NCBI GenBank assembly: GCA_021324755.1
Contig: JAJPIL010000010.1
Span: forward strand, 1,097 to 65,096
DNA: 64,000 bases
Source of the DNA: Pseudomonadota bacterium
Lineage (GTDB): Bacteria > Desulfobacterota > Binatia > Binatales > Binataceae
Reading direction: 5' to 3'
Position 1 is the first letter of the stretch. Each line of letters opens with the position of its first letter. The position numbers were made by a program, and so were the translations under genes. Below the pieces are notes generated by a model. The model was not told where the DNA came from. It ran no database searches and saw nothing but the letters and a program-made list of their open reading frames with translations. Positions 39,704 to 49,186 of the stretch are shown piece after piece.

Positions 39704-41170
39704 ATGCACACAAACCTCTTTATTGCTGGCCGTTATTGTGAGCCCGCCCGGGGCGATTACTTTGCTGACATCGAGCCAGCCACCGAAGTCGAACTTGCAA
39801 GCGTTGCCAACAGCAGTGAGGAAGATATCGACCGCGCCGTAGCGGCAGCTAGAAAAGCGGCTGACGAGGGTCCATGGCCACGAATGAGCGCCGCCGATCG
39901 CGCGCGAGTACTCAACCGAATGGCCGACGCACTCGAGCGGCGAGCCAGGGAACTGGGGACGCTTGAAGCCCGCGACGTTGGCAAGCCGGTATCTGAATGC
40001 GTAAATCACGATATCGCTCGAGCGGCGCGAAATTTGCGCTTCTTCGCCAGCGCCATCGAAACGTGGACCCAGGAAGCGTGCGCCAGCGAAGCCAAGTTTC
40101 TCGGCAAAGATTTGAAACTTGTAAACCTCACGGCGCGCGCCCCGCTCGGCGTCGGCGCGATCATAATTCCTTGGAATTCGCCCTTGATGCTCGCTACCTG
40201 GAACCTTGGACCGTGTCTTGCCGCCGGCAATACGTGCGTGCTCAAGCCCTCTGAGCTTGCGCCGCTAAGTTGCATCGCGCTCGGAGAAATCGCGACCGAA
40301 GCCGGCCTTCCCGAAGGCGCGCTCAATATCGTGCCCGGCTTGGCGCAAACAGGCGCCGCCTTGGTAGCGCATCCAGGGGTGGACGGGATTGCGTTTACCG
40401 GCGGCGTGGCAACCGGGCGCAAGGTGATAGCCGCAGCTTCCGCCACCTTAAAACGCGTCTCCTTGGAACTGGGTGGCAAGTCTCCCAACTTGGTGTTTGC
40501 GGACGCAGACCTCAAGAGCGCTGCGGCTGGAGTGGCGCGCTCGATCTTCCGTAGTCAGGGGCAATCGTGTGTCGCTGGCTCGAGACTTCTGATCGACAGA
40601 CGCGTAGCTGACGATTTCCTTCCTCTTTTGCTCAACGAGGTACAAAAACTTAGAATCGGCGATCCTTTGGATCCAAAAACCGATTTCGGCCCGCTTATTT
40701 CAGCCGCTCACCGTGAGCGCGTGGACAGCTTCGTAAAACAGGCGCTCGCAGCCGGCGCCGAGTTGCTCACGGGCGGCGCTCCACCCGAGACGATGCGCCA
40801 TGGCTTTTATTATTTGCCAACCATTCTAGACCGGGTCTCGGACAACGATCCTGCCGTGCGCGAAGAGATCTTTGGTCCCGTGCTGACGGTCGAGCGCTTC
40901 GAGGACGAAGCGCACGCGATACAGCTTGCGAACATTGGCCGCTACGGCCTTGCAGCGTATCTCTGGACCCGCGATTTGGGGCGTGCTCTGCGCGTGGCAG
41001 CTAAGCTTAAGACCGGGATGGTCTGGGTGAACAGCTTTTTTCTGCGCGACCTGCGCACGCCTTTCGGCGGTGCCCGCGAAAGCGGGCTCGGGCGTCAAGG
41101 CGGCCGCTACAGCCTTGAATTTTGGACCGAACCGAAGCTCGTATGCCTTACTTACGAGGAGCAGCAATAA
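39704..41170 (+). CDS. Aldehyde dehydrogenase, 2-hydroxymuconate semialdehyde / HpaE-like
   Basis: PWNSPLML, FTGGVATG, LELGGKSP, catalytic Cys in SQGQSCVAGSR, EEIFGPV, FFLRDLRTPFGG. Confidence 0.87.
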   Translation: MHTNLFIAGRYCEPARGDYFADIEPATEVELASVANSSEEDIDRAVAAARKAADEGPWPRMSAADRARVLNRMADALERRARELGTLEARDVGKPVSECVNHDIARAARNLRFFASAIETWTQEACASEAKFLGKDLKLVNLTARAPLGVGAIIIPWNSPLMLATWNLGPCLAAGNTCVLKPSELAPLSCIALGEIATEAGLPEGALNIVPGLAQTGAALVAHPGVDGIAFTGGVATGRKVIAAASATLKRVSLELGGKSPNLVFADADLKSAAAGVARSIFRSQGQSCVAGSRLLIDRRVADDFLPLLLNEVQKLRIGDPLDPKTDFGPLISAAHRERVDSFVKQALAAGAELLTGGAPPETMRHGFYYLPTILDRVSDNDPAVREEIFGPVLTVERFEDEAHAIQLANIGRYGLAAYLWTRDLGRALRVAAKLKTGMVWVNSFFLRDLRTPFGGARESGLGRQGGRYSLEFWTEPKLVCLTYEEQQ

Positions 41171-41192
41171 AGTTCAGGGGGACATTGCGAAG

Positions 41193-42065
41193 ATGGGTGA
41201 GATTGTCGCCGCCGTATTCACCACGCACGTGCCGCGTTTGATGATCACCGATCCGGAAGCGCGGCGCGCCTATATGGGGAAAAATGTCACCACTTTTTAC
41301 GAAGCGATGGAAGAACTTGCTCGTCAGCGGCTGCAGCCGCTGACGTTCGACACGTTTGTCTTGATCGACACCCATTGGTTCACCACGCTGGAGTATATCC
41401 TCAATGCGAACGAGAGGCTTTCCGGCGTGTACACCTCGGACGAGCTGCCGCAGATGATCCACGAGCTTTCGTACGACTACTGGGGCGACGCCGAACTTGC
41501 CCAGATGGTCGAGAGAGTCGGTCGACAGAGAGGGCTCAGGGTAATCGCCGCCTCGTATCCCCATCTCCCTTTGCATTACCCCACGCTTAACGTGATGCAC
41601 TACTTTAATCGCGACCGACGCAGGCGGGTACTGTCGATGGGAGTGTGTCAGACCGCCTCCGTAGCCAACGACATTGCCTTTGGACAAGCCCTTGCAGAGG
41701 CGATACGAAGCTCGTCGCGGCGTGTAGTTTTAGTGGCCGCAGGCGGTCTCTCCCACCGCTTCTGGGACTACGATCATGCCCTCGAGCACGCCTCGGCCTC
41801 GCCGGAAGATATATCGTCGATCGGCAACCGGCTGTATGACGAAAAGCTTATAGAATGGTTCAAGGAAGGTCGCCACGACCTCGTGCTGGACGCCGCTGAG
41901 GATTACCGCGCCAGGTGTTCGCCAGAGGGGCGCTTTTCCCATTACCTCATAATGGCCGGAGCGATGGGGGCAAGACAATGGAAATGGCGGGGCGAACAGT
42001 TTGGACGCTATGAGTCCGCCCTTGGCACAGGGCAGGCGATCTTTTTCTTCGAGCCAACTGACTAG
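41193..42065 (+). CDS. LigB-fold extradiol ring-cleavage dioxygenase, HpaD (homoprotocatechuate 2,3-dioxygenase)-like
   Basis: TTHVPR, VLIDTHW, LHYPTL, AGGLSHRFW, PEGRFSH, GTGQ. Confidence 0.78.
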   Translation: MGEIVAAVFTTHVPRLMITDPEARRAYMGKNVTTFYEAMEELARQRLQPLTFDTFVLIDTHWFTTLEYILNANERLSGVYTSDELPQMIHELSYDYWGDAELAQMVERVGRQRGLRVIAASYPHLPLHYPTLNVMHYFNRDRRRRVLSMGVCQTASVANDIAFGQALAEAIRSSSRRVVLVAAGGLSHRFWDYDHALEHASASPEDISSIGNRLYDEKLIEWFKEGRHDLVLDAAEDYRARCSPEGRFSHYLIMAGAMGARQWKWRGEQFGRYESALGTGQAIFFFEPTD

Positions 42066-42100
42066 GGCGACTGCAACACTACGTAGACGGGAGAAGCGTT

Positions 42101-42988
42101 GTGGCACTGGCAAAAGGAATAATCGCGATGCTGGTGACACCGTTCACCAGCGACTACCAACTTAATGAACAAGCATTAAGAGAAGAGATACGATGGGCGT
42201 TAGATAACGGCGCCGACGGCCTTGTCGCTGCCCCGAGTATCGGCGAGTTCCTCCACCTGACCGAATCGGAGCGCGTGCGAGTCATGGAGATTACACTCGA
42301 AGAAGCCCGCCGCAAGCCAGGAACTTCCACAGTAGCGATGACTTCCGGAGCCACGACGTTAGAAACTATCCACTACGCCCGAATCGCCGCGCGCATGGGA
42401 TACGACGCTCAGCAAGTCATTCCACCGTACTACTGGAGATGCGGCGAGCTCGAGGTCGAACGCCATTTTAGGATGGTGGCTGAGGCGGTCGAGCTGCCGG
42501 TCGTGATTTACCATAATCCCGCCTTAAGCAAATTCACGATTACGCCTAAGTTTGCGGCTCGGCTTGCCAGCATACCTAACGTCATCGCGATGAAAGAGGT
42601 GTTGACCGACCTACAACACCTCGAGGCGCTTTATGATGAGATTGGCGGCCGAATCAGTATCTACAACACTTTTCGCGCCTTGTTGGCAGGACTGATGCTG
42701 GGCGCGGCGGGCGGATTCATCAACATCTTCGCTGTTCCCGCGGCGGTTGCACTCATTAAGGCTTTTCGGAATGGCGAAATCGCCCGCGCGCAGGAGATTC
42801 AGCGCCGCCTCAACCGGTGCTTTCCCCGAGGCGGGGAGGAAGCGCTCGGCCATCTCGGAACCACAAAAGTTACCGCCTCGGTCGTCACAGGGATCGAAAT
42901 GGGGCCAGCTCGTCCGCCGTACATGGCGCCTGAAGGCGCCGCCGAGTTGATCAAGCAACGCTTGTCGTCGTTAAAGGAGGTTATCTGA
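42101..42988 (+). CDS. DapA-family class I aldolase, probably HpaI-like rather than true DapA
   Basis: VTPF, SIGEF, PPYY, IYHNP, Schiff-base Lys in AMKE; located inside the hpa-like cluster. Confidence 0.72.
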   Translation: MALAKGIIAMLVTPFTSDYQLNEQALREEIRWALDNGADGLVAAPSIGEFLHLTESERVRVMEITLEEARRKPGTSTVAMTSGATTLETIHYARIAARMGYDAQQVIPPYYWRCGELEVERHFRMVAEAVELPVVIYHNPALSKFTITPKFAARLASIPNVIAMKEVLTDLQHLEALYDEIGGRISIYNTFRALLAGLMLGAAGGFINIFAVPAAVALIKAFRNGEIARAQEIQRRLNRCFPRGGEEALGHLGTTKVTASVVTGIEMGPARPPYMAPEGAAELIKQRLSSLKEVI

Positions 42989-44430
42989 TGGGGGCGCGGT
43001 CGGGCAGTGATTATCTAAACTCTATAAGGTCGCTCGGTGCCGAAATCTGGCTCGGGGGTCAGCGCGTTGCGGACCCGACAACCCATCCAGCCCTGGCCGC
43101 TTGCGCGCGCTCGGTGGCAGCACTTTACGACATGCAGCTCGCCTTTCCGGATGAGATGACCTACGAGACAGAGGACGGTGAGCGAGTCGGCCTTTCGTTC
43201 ATCCAGCCAAAAAGCCCTGAAGACGTGGCCAGACGTGGTCGTATGATGCGCCGGTGGGCGGAATACAGCTGCGGGATGATGGGGCGGACTCCGGACTATC
43301 TCAACAGCACGCTTGCCGCCATGGCCGCAGCGCGCGAATTTTTCGCGGCGGCGGGCGCACGGTTTGGAGACAATATCGTCGAGTACTATCGCGAGGCGCG
43401 CCGGCGCGATTGGTGCGCCACGCATACGCTCGTCAATCCGCGCCGAAGCCGCGCGGCCGGATGGGCAGGGCAGAGCGACGCCGAAGTTGCACTGCGGCTG
43501 GTTGAACAGACGCGCGAGGGTATCATCGTCCGGGGATGTCGCGTGCTGGCCACTCTGGCGCCGTTTTCCGAAGAACTGCAGGTATTCCCGTCCACAGTCC
43601 TCAAGAACGAACCTTCGGCTAAGCCTTTCGCGCTCGCTTTCGCTGTTCCATGCAATGCGCCAGGCTTGCGCTTCATCTGTCGCGACCCGCTCGAATCGAT
43701 GGCCAGCCGCTTCGACCATCCGATCGCCGCGCGCTTCGACGAAATGGATTGCATTGCCGTTTTCGACGACGTGCTAGTCCCATGGGAAAGAGTGTTCGTC
43801 TGCGGCGACGTGGAGCGATGCAATGTGCTCTATGCTGAGACCCAAGCGGTGGTGCATATGATGCACCAGGTAGCAGTCAAAAACGTGGTGAAGAGCGAAT
43901 TTATGCTAGGTCTTGCCGCAAAGATCGCGCAGGTTAGCGACGCGATGAGCTTGCCCCACGTGCGCGAGCGGCTGGCCGAAATGATCATGACGACGGAAGT
44001 CATGCGCGCGTGCTTGAGAGCCGCCGAAGCTGACGCTTCGCTCAATAAGTGGGGAATTTTCGTTCCTGCACGGGCACCAATAGACGTCGGACGCAACCTT
44101 TTTCCGCGCCTCTATCCTCGGATGGTCGAAATTCTCCAACTCAACAGCTCGAGCAGCATGATCGCCACTCCGAGCGAGCGCGATTTTTCTAGCCCTATCG
44201 CCCCAGACATCGAACGCTACCTCGCCGCAGCCGAGATTTCCGCCAAAGAGCGCGTGGCGCTTTACCGGCTTGCGTGGGACGTAGCCGGGAGTGCCTTTGC
44301 CGGCAGACAGTTGTTATACGAGCGGTTCTTTTTCGGCGACCCGGTACGGATGGCGCACGCTCTGGTGGACAATACAGACTTAGAACCGTGCATCCGGCTT
44401 GTCGACAACCTTTTGCGCAAACAGGCGTAG
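42988..44430 (+). CDS. hpaB: 4-hydroxyphenylacetate 3-monooxygenase oxygenase component (HpaB family)
   Basis: GMMGRTPDYLN, THTLVNP, RFDEMDCIAVFDDVLVPWERVF, FAGRQLLYERFFFGDP. Confidence 0.85.
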   Translation: MGARSGSDYLNSIRSLGAEIWLGGQRVADPTTHPALAACARSVAALYDMQLAFPDEMTYETEDGERVGLSFIQPKSPEDVARRGRMMRRWAEYSCGMMGRTPDYLNSTLAAMAAAREFFAAAGARFGDNIVEYYREARRRDWCATHTLVNPRRSRAAGWAGQSDAEVALRLVEQTREGIIVRGCRVLATLAPFSEELQVFPSTVLKNEPSAKPFALAFAVPCNAPGLRFICRDPLESMASRFDHPIAARFDEMDCIAVFDDVLVPWERVFVCGDVERCNVLYAETQAVVHMMHQVAVKNVVKSEFMLGLAAKIAQVSDAMSLPHVRERLAEMIMTTEVMRACLRAAEADASLNKWGIFVPARAPIDVGRNLFPRLYPRMVEILQLNSSSSMIATPSERDFSSPIAPDIERYLAAAEISAKERVALYRLAWDVAGSAFAGRQLLYERFFFGDPVRMAHALVDNTDLEPCIRLVDNLLRKQA

Positions 44431-44461
44431 TCTCACAATCTTTTGGGGGATACTTTAGAAA

Positions 44462-45799
44462 GTGGTAGCAATTTCTCGCTTCCCCGACGGTCAAAAGTGC
44501 GGCTTCTCGGTGTTGAGCAAACCAGCGTTCGGAACTGCCCTCGAAAATGATCGCCGTCGGCGTCGCAGCAAAGCCGTCTGTCGCATCCTACAGCTGGTTT
44601 GCACGCAGGCCCTCGCATGCGCATTCTTGCTTGGTTCCGCCTTTTCAGCCGATCCTGGCGTCACCGCCACCGAAATAAAGATCGGCAACACAGCGCCATA
44701 CAGCGGACCCGCTTCGGCCACCGGCACCATCTTTCGAGCGTTGGCTGCTTATTTTGAGATGGTGAACGATCGTGGCGGAATCAACGGACGAAAAGTAAAC
44801 TTTATCAGCTACGATGACGGTTACAGCCCTCCCAGAACCGTGGAAATGACGCGTCGACTGGTGGAGCGCGACAAGGTTTTGTTCATAGCCGCATCCGCTG
44901 GCACGCCAACCAGTACCGCTGTCTGGAAGTATCTCAACGATCGCCACATACCTCAGTTATTCCTCATCTCAGGCGCAAGCAAGTGGGGCGACCCCAAGGG
45001 CCATCCGTGGACTATGGGATGGATGCCAACCTACCGTAGCGAAGCCGAGATATACGCGCGGTATATCCGCGAGAACGTACCCAACGCAAGAATCGGAATT
45101 CTTTACCAGAACGATGATTTCGGCAAGGACCACCTCGCCGGATTCAAGCAGGGCCTCGGCCCCGACGGTCAAAAGCTCATCGTTCTCGAACTCACCTATG
45201 AAGTCACGGATGCCACGATCGACTCCCAGATAGTGCGTTTGAAACAAGCTGGCGCCAACGTGTTCTTGGATGTGACCACACCGAAGTTCGCAGCGCAGGC
45301 GATAAAAAAAGCCTACGCCATCGACTGGCATCCGTTGCACTTCCTCGATAGCCTGGCCGCTTCGCTAGGTTCGACCTTCAAGCCGGCGGGATTGGAGGCC
45401 GCCAAGGGCATAATAAGCATCCAGTTTGTAAAGGACCCGAGCGACCCGCGGTGGCATGACGACCCGGGCTATAAAGAATGGCTATCGTTCATGCACCGCT
45501 ATTACCCCTCCGGCAGCACCGTAGACCAATACAACGTATGGGGATACAGCGTCGGGCAGACGCTCGCTTACGTGCTCGAACGATGTGGAAACGATCTGTC
45601 GCGGGTCAACGTTATGAGGCAAGCGGCAAACATCAAGGGGCTCAAGCTTCCGATGCTGCTGCCTGGGATAACGATCAACACAAGCCCGAACGATTTTTAT
45701 CCAATCAAACAGATGCAGCTTGCGCGCTTTAACGGCGAACGCTGGGTTCTGTTCGGCAAACTCTACGACACCTCGCACGCTCCGTCGTCCGACCAATAG
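44462..45799 (+). CDS. Branched-chain amino acid-type ABC substrate-binding protein (orphan)
   Basis: IKIGNTAPYSGPAS, GGINGRK, YDDGYSP, YQNDDFG. Start uncertain; no permease genes adjacent. Confidence 0.85.
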   Translation: MVAISRFPDGQKCGFSVLSKPAFGTALENDRRRRRSKAVCRILQLVCTQALACAFLLGSAFSADPGVTATEIKIGNTAPYSGPASATGTIFRALAAYFEMVNDRGGINGRKVNFISYDDGYSPPRTVEMTRRLVERDKVLFIAASAGTPTSTAVWKYLNDRHIPQLFLISGASKWGDPKGHPWTMGWMPTYRSEAEIYARYIRENVPNARIGILYQNDDFGKDHLAGFKQGLGPDGQKLIVLELTYEVTDATIDSQIVRLKQAGANVFLDVTTPKFAAQAIKKAYAIDWHPLHFLDSLAASLGSTFKPAGLEAAKGIISIQFVKDPSDPRWHDDPGYKEWLSFMHRYYPSGSTVDQYNVWGYSVGQTLAYVLERCGNDLSRVNVMRQAANIKGLKLPMLLPGITINTSPNDFYPIKQMQLARFNGERWVLFGKLYDTSHAPSSDQ

Positions 45800-46056
45800 T
45801 TACGTCGTTGTAGCGTAGCTCGAGCGCACGTTGAGAGCAGCTTACGCTTTCGAACAATCGGGCGATTGGAAAACTTTTAGACAATGGGGCGACGCCGCGG
45901 CGCTCGCGACAGACATCTCGATTCGTTGCCGAGAAGCTCGAGAGCTGGAAGCGTCGTATCCGAGGTTCAAATAGCGTAATCCCCACGCCTCGATTGTGGC
46001 GGTGTCTGCCCGATATGCTGAGAACATTCGTATCAGAAACTTAGAGGTGGCTAGTT

Positions 46057-46272
46057 ATGAGATGTTGGATGTGCGATGAAGAGGCGCGCGGCGTTTGCGC
46101 CGCTTGCGGAAGAGGGCTATGCCGCAACCATGCGCATTTTCACGACGAAATGACAATCGCGAAGTCGGATACCAGTACCGGTTACGCCTCGTATTACAAC
46201 GTGTACGGAGCGCTCAAATGTTCTGAGTGTCGCCTCGAATGGAGGTACTTCACCCCAGATCGACGAAGCTAA
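46057..46272 (+). CDS. Small Cys/His-rich zinc-finger protein (DUF2180-like)
   Basis: CxxC...CxxCGxxxCxxH...CxxC pattern in 71 aa; AGAGGT RBS. Confidence 0.7.
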   Translation: MRCWMCDEEARGVCAACGRGLCRNHAHFHDEMTIAKSDTSTGYASYYNVYGALKCSECRLEWRYFTPDRRS

Positions 46273-46600
46273 ACCCACTGTAAAGCGGGCTCCAACGTTA
46301 AAGCTGCATAAACTTAGTGCCGCCAACAGCGAAATTCACTATCTATGTCGGCGTCCGCCTCGACGTTGTCTCGCTCCGGTGGCGATAAAGGTCGGTATCA
46401 TGCGATTCGAGAAATAGACCGTTTAGCAACCTAGTCTTTTAGCCGCGGGAACGGATTCCCCACAACTTGAATACGACGCATGCCGTCACCGCGCTGCTTG
46501 CGTCTTAAGCCCCCCAGCCCCTGCTTGTACCACGTCAGCATCCGTCCTCGAACCCGTGCATCGCAACGCGCGGGCAAAGCGGCGCAGGCAATAGATCGCT

Positions 46601-47347
46601 TTATTGACGTCGCCGCGGACTACGCTTGCGAGGGGTACGACGAGTACCGGGTGGTTCTTGGCCCTGCTGAGCGGCTACCTCTTGCTTCTCACTTTGCACC
46701 GCTTCGGTTTCCGCTACACTCGCAGCCGGTTCTTCCATCCCAACGACAGTTACGTGCTTTTCGACCGCCGCCGAAGAAGTCAAGGAGGGCGAACGTCTGC
46801 TTTCTTCAGCTCCGATGGTGCTCTCGCTCGCTTGGTCGATCTGGGTAGAGCCGCTAAAGCCACTACGCGTTTCGAACTTGACGGATTCGAACCCGCTTCC
46901 AGCCTGAGTCTCAAGCCGCGGTCGCGAAATGGCGCCAAGAGTTCTTCCCACTTCCGCAAGCAGAGCTTCGTCCCCATTAGCCACGCGAACTAAATCGCAC
47001 AGCGAAACAAGACCCACAAGTCCGCCTTCGCTGTCGGTTACTGGAAGGCGATGGACCTGATGCAGCCGCATGAGCCTGTGAGCCTCGGCGACATCGTCAT
47101 GGGGAGCTACAGATACGGGAGCACGCGCCATCGCGCTCGCCACCGTAATACGATCGAGAGGCCCGCCCTGCGTATACGCAGCCATACAAACATCCCGGTC
47201 GGTGATCATCCCCACCACTTTCAGGTCCGCATTGACCACAGGCACGACCCCGCAGTCGTTATCCCACATTATTAGAGCCGCGACGCACGCCGAGTCAGTT
47301 TCCCGACAACACACGACGTTACGCGTCATCACTTCCGACACTTTCAT
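46601..47347 (-). CDS. CBS-domain protein with low-complexity C-terminal tail
   Basis: MKVSEVMTR, CGVVPVV, VGMITDRD, VHRLPV, VGLVSLCD. Confidence 0.88.
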   Translation of the reverse strand: MKVSEVMTRNVVCCRETDSACVAALIMWDNDCGVVPVVNADLKVVGMITDRDVCMAAYTQGGPLDRITVASAMARAPVSVAPHDDVAEAHRLMRLHQVHRLPVTDSEGGLVGLVSLCDLVRVANGDEALLAEVGRTLGAISRPRLETQAGSGFESVKFETRSGFSGSTQIDQASESTIGAEESRRSPSLTSSAAVEKHVTVVGMEEPAASVAETEAVQSEKQEVAAQQGQEPPGTRRTPRKRSPRRRQ

Positions 47348-47917
47348 AAAGCTCTCTCGCCCTCCAAATTACAATTTCGGGCCCCAGGTCGAGCAAAGCC
47401 AAAGCTCACGTTTTCACTACATTTTAACGCGTTGAATTAAAGCTTGAACACCGCAGTTTTATGCCGAACAGCAAGTGTTTCTCCCCACTAACACCAGGAA
47501 GGGCCTTTCACGAGCGAGCTCGATAACATTGCAAACCGAACGTTCTCGGCGCGTCTAAGACAATTGGCAGCTTACAATCGCATCCTCGCTCTCAAATCAG
47601 CAAATGCTATAGACCGAGCATGTATCGCCTAGGTTTAAAAGCGATAACTTCGGTGAAAAAGCGAATTCAATCCCAAAAGCACAGCAAAAACGAGCTCGTC
47701 GAAATTGCCCTGAGAAAATTTGAGACGCAGGCACCGCGAGAACCAAGATGGAGAAAAAGGTTGTCAAATCTGCGGATAGCGCCTTTCACGACAAGGCCGA
47801 GCACGACCGAGAATCGAATTTTCTTTTTCGAAGTCACTGATTCAAAATTCGCGGTCGGTTTTTATAGGTCCTCAACTTTTTCGAGTTAGGCGACTTCTGG
47901 ATGCACGGCTAAAATGT

Positions 47918-47934
47918 TTGGCAAGACTATTGCT
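47918..47934 (+). promoter_or_regulatory. Putative sigma54 (-24/-12) promoter
   Basis: TTGGCAAGACTATTGCT, with GG-N10-GC spacing exactly as in the consensus, about 43 nt upstream of the nucleotidyltransferase start. Confidence 0.62.
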
Positions 47935-47976
47935 TGCGTCAGGAGGTAGAGCAAACGAATCGATGGAGATGATTAG

Positions 47977-48909
47977 GTGAGCGACGCAACGACTGAGCGA
48001 GAGAAAAGATGGGCTATAATCTTAGCGGGCGGAGAAGGCTCGAGACTTCGCTCTTTGACGCGAAAGATCACTGGTCAAGAGGTGCCAAAACAATTTTGCC
48101 CTATCTTAGGCCGGACTACTTTATTTGAGCAAACGCGTCAACGAGCTGTTTCACTGGTCTCTGACGACAGAATAATGACAGTTCTTAGTCTTGCCCATGA
48201 GCCCTTTTACATGCCGCTTTTTGCCAACACACCCCAGAGCCATTTAGTCGTTCAGCCGATAAACCGCGGGACCTCGCCTGCGATCGTGTACGCCCTGATG
48301 CGCTTGGCAAGAATGGCACCACAGGCGCTGGTTGCGATCTTGCCGTCTGACCACTACGTAAAGAACGACTTTCTTTTCAACCATTACGTGGATAAAGCCT
48401 TCGAGATGGCAAAATACAAGAGCGAGTTTGTTACGCTTCTCGGTATTGCCCCTAAGCAGCCGGAAGCCGGCTACGGCTGGATCGAGCCGGGCGTTCAGGT
48501 GTACCAAACCCCAGAGATCAGGTTGTTCTCGGTAAAAAAGTTCTGGGAAAAACCGCCGGCACAGCTTGCGCGACAGTTTTGGGAAGCCGGATTTTTGTGG
48601 AATAGCTTCGTTATGGTTGGGCGCGTGTCAACCCTTCTCGAGTTGACTAGCGAAGCCACACCTTATCTCTACCAGGCGTTCGCCAAGATAGAGCCGTTAC
48701 TGGGCACTTTCGGTGAAAAGGAAGCAATCGCTGAAATATACAGCCATCTAAACACCTTAGACTTCTCCTCGCACGTCCTCGCCAAGTTGCCCCACCGTCT
48801 GGCTGTGCTGCCGATTCATGGCGTCGAGTGGAGCGATCTCGGCGAGCCTCAAAGGGTTTTCGAAGTGCTCTGCAAAGAAGGATTGCACGTTGAATGGGCA
48901 AATGCCTAG
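47977..48909 (+). CDS. Mannose-1-phosphate guanylyltransferase-like sugar-phosphate nucleotidyltransferase (no C-terminal cupin domain)
   Basis: ILAGGEGSRL, PKQF, QPINRGT, ILPSDH, YGWIEPG, FWEKP, WNSF, WSDLG. Confidence 0.85.
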   Translation: MSDATTEREKRWAIILAGGEGSRLRSLTRKITGQEVPKQFCPILGRTTLFEQTRQRAVSLVSDDRIMTVLSLAHEPFYMPLFANTPQSHLVVQPINRGTSPAIVYALMRLARMAPQALVAILPSDHYVKNDFLFNHYVDKAFEMAKYKSEFVTLLGIAPKQPEAGYGWIEPGVQVYQTPEIRLFSVKKFWEKPPAQLARQFWEAGFLWNSFVMVGRVSTLLELTSEATPYLYQAFAKIEPLLGTFGEKEAIAEIYSHLNTLDFSSHVLAKLPHRLAVLPIHGVEWSDLGEPQRVFEVLCKEGLHVEWANA

Positions 48910-49186
48910 GCGACGTCCTGACCTGCCAGCTTACCCCGGATTTTTCTCATTTAGCTAATTGCAGACGCATCTACCGCGTTTTGCGAACCGGTCCCGCTAA
49001 AACATTAGGCAAGCAGCTGCTTACGCCCAAAAAACGAGTCGTGAAAAAGCGCTTAAGCCTAGCTGATGCAAGCGAGTAGGGCAGCTGAAGCATCGCAACA
49101 TCTTCGTCACATCCGGACCACTTCTTCTTTTCGCCTAAATCGGTATCACCAAGGAGCATCGCACAAATCGAAAATGGATCCGTTAG

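Noticed and set aside
46880-46900. GGATTCGAACCC, resembling a tRNA T-arm
   Set aside because: Inside the CBS coding region, with no cloverleaf.
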